Position numbers and translations under genes: made by a program. A model generated the notes under the pieces. It was not told where the DNA came from and did not search any database. It saw nothing but the letters and a program-made list of their open reading frames with translations. This document shows positions 59,466-64,000 of a stretch of DNA of 64,000 bases, one piece after another (positions within the stretch are counted from its first letter, which is position 1; each line of letters begins with the position of its first letter). Origin of the DNA: Candidatus Bathyarchaeia archaeon (GTDB lineage Archaea; Thermoproteota; Bathyarchaeia; Bathyarchaeales; Bathycorpusculaceae). The stretch is from NCBI GenBank assembly GCA_050012255.1, contig JBEKHN010000003.1:1-64000 (forward strand). The letters run 5' to 3'.

Positions 59466-60653
59466 ATGTGGCGGCTGGGGTTCTTTTTCCACGAAATGGG
59501 GTTCGGATTACTCTCGATTTTTCTGCCGCTTTACTTGCTTAAAATCGACGCTGCAAATGGGCTGTTCTACGTTGGGGTAATCACTGCTATCGCTCTCTTC
59601 GCGGCTATTCCTGCCTCTTTCCTCTGGGGTTATTTATGCGACGAGACACGGCATTATAAGCGTTACATCCTTCTTGCGTTCCTCGCGTCAGCCGTCTTGC
59701 TCTGCCTCTTCGCGTTTACGACGGATATAGCTTTGCTGATTGTAATATACGCGATAATGTCGATTTTTCACGTTGCCCATGAAGCTCCGAAAAACATTCT
59801 AATCTCTGAACTGTATTCTCATCAAGACTGGGAGAAGAATTTCGCCTTCTACGAGGGGATCACGGAAGTCGGGACGCTAATCGGTCTGCTGTTAGGCTTC
59901 TTCGCCTCGTATTTTGGGGTTAGTGCGGTGAACACCCTTTTTCTCGTAGCAGGGTTGAACTTCGTAGCCTTCGTTCTCTCTGCAATACTCGTCGTGGACC
60001 CCCCAATGATTTTTGAGAGACGCTTGGTGAGCATCGAGAAGACCGTTGACTTCGCGTCTCACGGTGTCTTCCTGGCTTCCAGAATGGTGGACGGCATAGG
60101 TCTGGATGAGAAATTGAAAAGAGAGAACGTCACAGCCTTCTGCTTCGGACTAGTGCTTTTCTCGCTTGCCACGAGCATACTGTTCACTCCAATGCCCGTG
60201 TTTGTGAACAGCATCGCGCCGGCGGGGTTCGTCTTCGCGATTTACGTGCTCAATTCCGGGGGAGCTATAGGGGGCTACGCATTGGCTGGAAAAAGGTCGC
60301 AGGGGCCAACTGGAAAAGCCCACGTAGCCGGACTAGTGCTGTTTCGAAGCCTGCTTGCCTTCGTACTTCTCGCCGCCTTGAATCTGTCCTCTTTCAACGT
60401 TCTGCTGACCACTGGAATTCTAGTCGTCATGGGATTTCTCTTTGCAGTCTTTATGGTGACGATTCTTGCTCTATCGATGGAGCTTATACCATCGGGCAAA
60501 GCGGGTCTGATCAATGTTCTGATAGGGCTGGGAGGAGCATTCGGCTCGTTTATCGGCCCTTTCATCGCTCAGGTTTCGGGTTTCCTCCAAGTTTTCGTTG
60601 TGGCCGGTGCAATATTCTTCGCTGCCTTCGTCTTCTTCAAGATCTTCGCATAG
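59466..60653 (+). CDS. MFS transporter
   Basis: About 12 hydrophobic segments, WGYLCDETRHYKR motif A variant. Confidence 0.88.
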   Translation: MWRLGFFFHEMGFGLLSIFLPLYLLKIDAANGLFYVGVITAIALFAAIPASFLWGYLCDETRHYKRYILLAFLASAVLLCLFAFTTDIALLIVIYAIMSIFHVAHEAPKNILISELYSHQDWEKNFAFYEGITEVGTLIGLLLGFFASYFGVSAVNTLFLVAGLNFVAFVLSAILVVDPPMIFERRLVSIEKTVDFASHGVFLASRMVDGIGLDEKLKRENVTAFCFGLVLFSLATSILFTPMPVFVNSIAPAGFVFAIYVLNSGGAIGGYALAGKRSQGPTGKAHVAGLVLFRSLLAFVLLAALNLSSFNVLLTTGILVVMGFLFAVFMVTILALSMELIPSGKAGLINVLIGLGGAFGSFIGPFIAQVSGFLQVFVVAGAIFFAAFVFFKIFA

Positions 60654-60681
60654 GCAGAAGAAGAAAAAGGGGGACAGATGC

Positions 60682-62136
60682 TTACTCGACGTGCACTCTG
60701 AAGAGGTCTATGTCTTCTCGCATTTCCGGCGTTGCTTCGAGGAAGTCTCTCACCGCATGTTCAACATCCCTTGACTGTGTCACGTATCTTCCAACGATGA
60801 TTATGTCAGCGCCTTTTTGCAGGGCTTCTCTTCCAGTCTCTGGCACTATTCCGCCTGCCACAGCGATCAGGAACTTTTTGTCCTTGAAGGTCTGCCTAAT
60901 TTCCGGGATGATCTCCAACCCGTGTGTTCTTCCTGTTTCTTGGTCTATGCCCCTGTGTAGGACGATGATGTCGGGGAACTCTTTGATCGACTTCAGTTTC
61001 TTGAGTGCGTCTTCAACGTTCATCATGTCGACCACAGCGTATATTCCGAGTCTCTTTGCCTCGTGAATGAACGAGTCGAGTGTTTCAGGAGCTGCCAGTC
61101 CCGAGGCGACAACGGCGTCTGCCGTTTCGTCGAAGGCCAGGTCAACTTCGACTTTGCCTACGTCCAGGGTTTTGAGGTCTGCTACGAAGAAGATGTCTTT
61201 AGCCACTTCTCGCAGTTCGTTTATCACTTTTGTTCCATATCTCTTGATCAGAGGCGTTCCAACCTCCAGGATTATTCTGTCGCTTCCAGGCAGCTGTGCT
61301 ATCACTTTCTTTGCTCTTTCCACGTCTGGGTTGTCAAGCGAAATCTGCAGGTACGGCGGTCTCCACAGGCGGGGCACTTTGAACCCCATTATTGGATGTC
61401 TGGCTCTGTCCTTGTCGTAGAGGATCTTTTCCAGCGATGGGTACTTTGCTATGGCCCTCTTCAGCGCCAGCTTGGTCGCCCCATAGTTGTAATGGTAGAT
61501 CTTGCGGAAGTCACTTGCTTGAGGACTTACGAAGACGCTGGCCACTATGACCCAGTCGTCGATCTTGTCTCTGGGGATTATTCCGTCTTCCACTGCGTCA
61601 GCAACAGCTTTTGCAACTGCAGCTTGGGCCGGTCCAAATATCTTGTCCACGTCTTGAATGTTTTTTATGGTGACTTTGGGCACGAGCAGCGTGTGCGGTT
61701 TAGGCGGAAGGTTCGGCCTTATCACTGCTAACAAGGGTGTGTGTCCCGCAGACAGGTTGCACATTCCTGCCGCAAAAGCCTCTCCGACCGGCCCGTTTTT
61801 GTCGCCTATGAGCAGGTCTATGTGCGCAACCTCGTTTCCCTCTCCGACTAGCGCCTCACCAATCAAGTATGCATATCCTGATTCTTCGACGGATTCCGAC
61901 AGTAAGTTTGTCGGCAAGCTGTCTGTGACCTCTTTGAAATCTACATCGAATTCTTTGAGCCACGTGTAAAGCGTGTCCCTGTGAATGTTTAAGGCTTCAG
62001 CCGTTCCGAGCACTGTTGGCTTTGTCGGTTTAATTCTTGTAGCAGCACGGCCTTCGGCTGCCTTTTTGGCGGCTTCCGTCAGCATCTTAATGAGTTCTTC
62101 TCTTGTTTCAGGCTTCTTGATGTCGTGTTCCGACAT
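60682..62136 (-). CDS. fae-hps: Bifunctional formaldehyde-activating enzyme/3-hexulose-6-phosphate synthase with extra N-terminal HTH domain
   Basis: [25 protein letters not shown] (Fae); [26 protein letters not shown] (Hps); about 85-aa N-extension. Confidence 0.93.
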   Translation of the reverse strand: MSEHDIKKPETREELIKMLTEAAKKAAEGRAATRIKPTKPTVLGTAEALNIHRDTLYTWLKEFDVDFKEVTDSLPTNLLSESVEESGYAYLIGEALVGEGNEVAHIDLLIGDKNGPVGEAFAAGMCNLSAGHTPLLAVIRPNLPPKPHTLLVPKVTIKNIQDVDKIFGPAQAAVAKAVADAVEDGIIPRDKIDDWVIVASVFVSPQASDFRKIYHYNYGATKLALKRAIAKYPSLEKILYDKDRARHPIMGFKVPRLWRPPYLQISLDNPDVERAKKVIAQLPGSDRIILEVGTPLIKRYGTKVINELREVAKDIFFVADLKTLDVGKVEVDLAFDETADAVVASGLAAPETLDSFIHEAKRLGIYAVVDMMNVEDALKKLKSIKEFPDIIVLHRGIDQETGRTHGLEIIPEIRQTFKDKKFLIAVAGGIVPETGREALQKGADIIIVGRYVTQSRDVEHAVRDFLEATPEMREDIDLFRVHVE

Positions 62137-62362
62137 TTCTGACTCACAACTGCTATCTAGCTGTGCCGCTGGTATATAAGAGTGTCGGCAGCATTGAAGT
62201 CAGAGGGACCAATAACCATGTGGCCGTCATATTTCTGTCGCCTTTAGGCAGCATGTCGGGTGTTCTTCAGGCGCTACCTGTGGTTTCTGATCGCGAAGTG
62301 TCGGGAACTGGAGGGGCGAACGTGTTTCAAGGACAGCCGGATGTCGGGATGTCTGATGTCAG
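61896..62362. promoter_or_regulatory. TGTCGG/CCGACA motif array
   Basis: Exact copies at 61896, 61909, 62023, 62130, 62183, 62254, 62299, 62342 plus one-mismatch variants; brackets the TATA box at 62172-62180. Confidence 0.7.
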
Positions 62363-62464
62363 ACTGTATAGTGTGACGGTTGATGATTCTGTTCTCAGAG
62401 CGGCAAAGTCTATATACTCTGAGACAGTGTAGAACGGTGAAAACTGGCTTCCGGAGTTGCCTCG

Positions 62465-62644
62465 ATGTGGTGGAGAGACTTGGTGTTTCTGTTCTTGGTG
62501 ATCGTAGGCTTGGTGTTGTTCTTGTATGGCGCTAACTCCTATGAAGGCACAGTCGGCTGGACCGGCATCGGCCTGCTTGCTGCTGGGTTTTTTGGTTACA
62601 TAGCTTTGAAAGTGTATGAGGCTTCAACAAAGAAGAAAGAATGA
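62465..62644 (+). CDS. 59-aa two-TM membrane protein
   Basis: Not in ORF track; MWWRDLVFLFLVIVGLVLFLYGANSYEGTVGWTGIGLLAAGFFGYIALKVYEASTKKKE. Confidence 0.65.
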   Translation: MWWRDLVFLFLVIVGLVLFLYGANSYEGTVGWTGIGLLAAGFFGYIALKVYEASTKKKE

Positions 62645-62664
62645 CTAAGATTCGCCGGTGCTTA

Positions 62665-62876
62665 ACATCCCTGTGTTCGCGTTTTCACTCGTCTAACACG
62701 CATACCCCCTCCCCCTAGGGTGTTAGTACTGCACGTGGGTGCTGGGGAAGGCCCTTTTGACTTTGGGCTGGCTTGAGGCCGAGTGTTTGCAGAGGGTTTG
62801 GCAGATGGTCTCGGCAAGGGTAGTGACTGCGCAATGCGTTTCGCCGTTGCCCCTTTTTCTGGTTTTGTCTGTTCTG
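62665..62876 (+). repeat. G-string dispersed repeat (~210 bp)
   Basis: Homolog of 23111-23321. Confidence 0.85.
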
Positions 62877-63035
62877 TCATCGTCAGCGTTTCCGGGCGTG
62901 TTGCACTATGCTTCCATGTTCTTTCCGTCTAATTTGAGCGAAATCAAGGTGACCTCCTGAGTCTTGAGGTGAAAGGGTCGAGCGTCAGGGCGACTCCGTG
63001 TTTCCTGAGGAGAGAGAAGTTGTCATCCGTTCTTC

Positions 63036-64000
63036 TTAGGTTACTCTGAGCTGTTCTACTTCTTCTTTCCGTGGAACTTGAACACTCAGTGGTTTCTCGC
63101 AGTGTTGCTTGCCGAATTTCACTTGCACATTGCCTTGTTTCTTGTCTGAGTAGTAAGCGGTTAGCTCTGCGGCTTTCTGGATGGCGGTTCTGGTTTTGGG
63201 TCCTTGGAGCAAGGTTATGGGGCTTCCGCAGTCTTGGGCTTCGAAGCAGTAATCATTCGCCATTTTCATTTGAGTCAAGAGCTTGTTTTCAGTTTCGTTC
63301 CTGCCAACTATGATTTTGCTCTTTCCAAACCTGAAGTGTCGTCCAACTTTCAGCAACTGCACGTCTTTCAAGGAGACTCTTCTCTTGTGGTCAAACAGGT
63401 CTTTCAGTTTAGCAGCGAATTCCTTGTACGTTAATAGGCAGCCTCCGCCTGGGCACGAATAGCCAGTTACATTCATCTCTTCAGCAAGCTTGATCTGCTT
63501 CTTTCTTGAGCGGCCTTCGATGCCGAGTAGCGCTTCTCCGTTTACGAAACCCTTGTCTTCGGCTTCAGTCTTCGGCAGCAACCTTGCAGACAGCGGTCTG
63601 AGGATCTTCCCCTTTAAACCTGCTTTCTCCTCTATTAGGCCTAGAGTTCTTCCATGCTGTGACATGGGTCTTTGACCTAAGACTTCGCCGGTGATGATGA
63701 ACAGCGCGCCTGTTTTCTCTGCATACGTCTTGGCCTTCTTCAGCATGAAAATTCTGCAGTCAACGCAAGGGTTCATGTTCTTTCCATAGCCAAACCGCGG
63801 TTTTCTGACAATCCTAAGGTATTCCTCGCCGACGCTGATCGTTTTCAACGGTATGCTGAGGCTCTTTGCCACTTCTGGGGCTCCACAGCCGCCTTTTCTG
63901 CAGAGACAGAAAGGGCTCACAAAGTTAACTGCTTCCACATCTATGCCCTGATCCAGCATAAGCTTCACGGCCAGCGTGCTGTCTAACCCGCCGGACACGA
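63036..64000 (-). CDS. ThiI/MnmA-like PP-loop tRNA thiouridylase with DUF814-like C-domain (5' partial)
   Basis: SGGLDS, NPCVDCR, TGEVLGQRPMSQ, GGGCLLT, GRHFR. Confidence 0.85.
   Translation of the reverse strand, partial: VSGGLDSTLAVKLMLDQGIDVEAVNFVSPFCLCRKGGCGAPEVAKSLSIPLKTISVGEEYLRIVRKPRFGYGKNMNPCVDCRIFMLKKAKTYAEKTGALFIITGEVLGQRPMSQHGRTLGLIEEKAGLKGKILRPLSARLLPKTEAEDKGFVNGEALLGIEGRSRKKQIKLAEEMNVTGYSCPGGGCLLTYKEFAAKLKDLFDHKRRVSLKDVQLLKVGRHFRFGKSKIIVGRNETENKLLTQMKMANDYCFEAQDCGSPITLLQGPKTRTAIQKAAELTAYYSDKKQGNVQVKFGKQHCEKPLSVQVPRKEEVEQLRVT

Noticed and set aside
62163-62432. 89-aa ORF upstream of fae-hps
   Set aside because: Repeated MS/VS dipeptides simply reflect the TGTCGG array, and the ORF overlaps the fae-hps promoter
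815-63675. Numerous antisense or overlapping ORFs in the track
   Set aside because: They are shadows of well-supported genes on the opposite strand or in other frames

Overview
This is a 64-kb archaeal chromosomal segment. Gene content (PolD plus Elf1, Fae-Hps, archaeal GlyA) suggests Bathyarchaeia of the TACK group; this is an inference. It contains a replication origin, with ORB boxes at about 19.45-20.05 kb next to cdc6/orc1 and both PolD subunits nearby. Housekeeping genes include porGDAB, glyA, nadE, ahcY, L3-L4-L23-L2-S19, the S6e-aIF2g-PIN-rpoE1-spt4-DPCK-S24e-S27ae cluster and fae-hps. A tyrosine integrase sits at the left edge. An intron-containing tRNA-Ser(CGA) is followed by about 16 kb of mostly single accessory genes containing tRNA-derived scars. 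The most notable unexplained signals are: (1) a three-gene module beside the origin (two HTH proteins and a membrane-anchored coiled-coil wHTH protein) embedded in dense TCAC-core arrays, a candidate origin tethering or segregation system; (2) a Fae-Hps enzyme with an extra N-terminal HTH, whose promoter and HTH-coding DNA carry a TGTCGG array; (3) at least two families of dispersed non-coding repeats, a MITE-like TAGCGCGCATGCGTGTTCC-ended family (one lineage has a 13-bp VNTR) and a G-string family found upstream of both PolD genes; and (4) a CTG-initiated rpoE1 and a metal-ligand-less M29 aminopeptidase homolog. All counts and alignments were done by eye, with no database searches.
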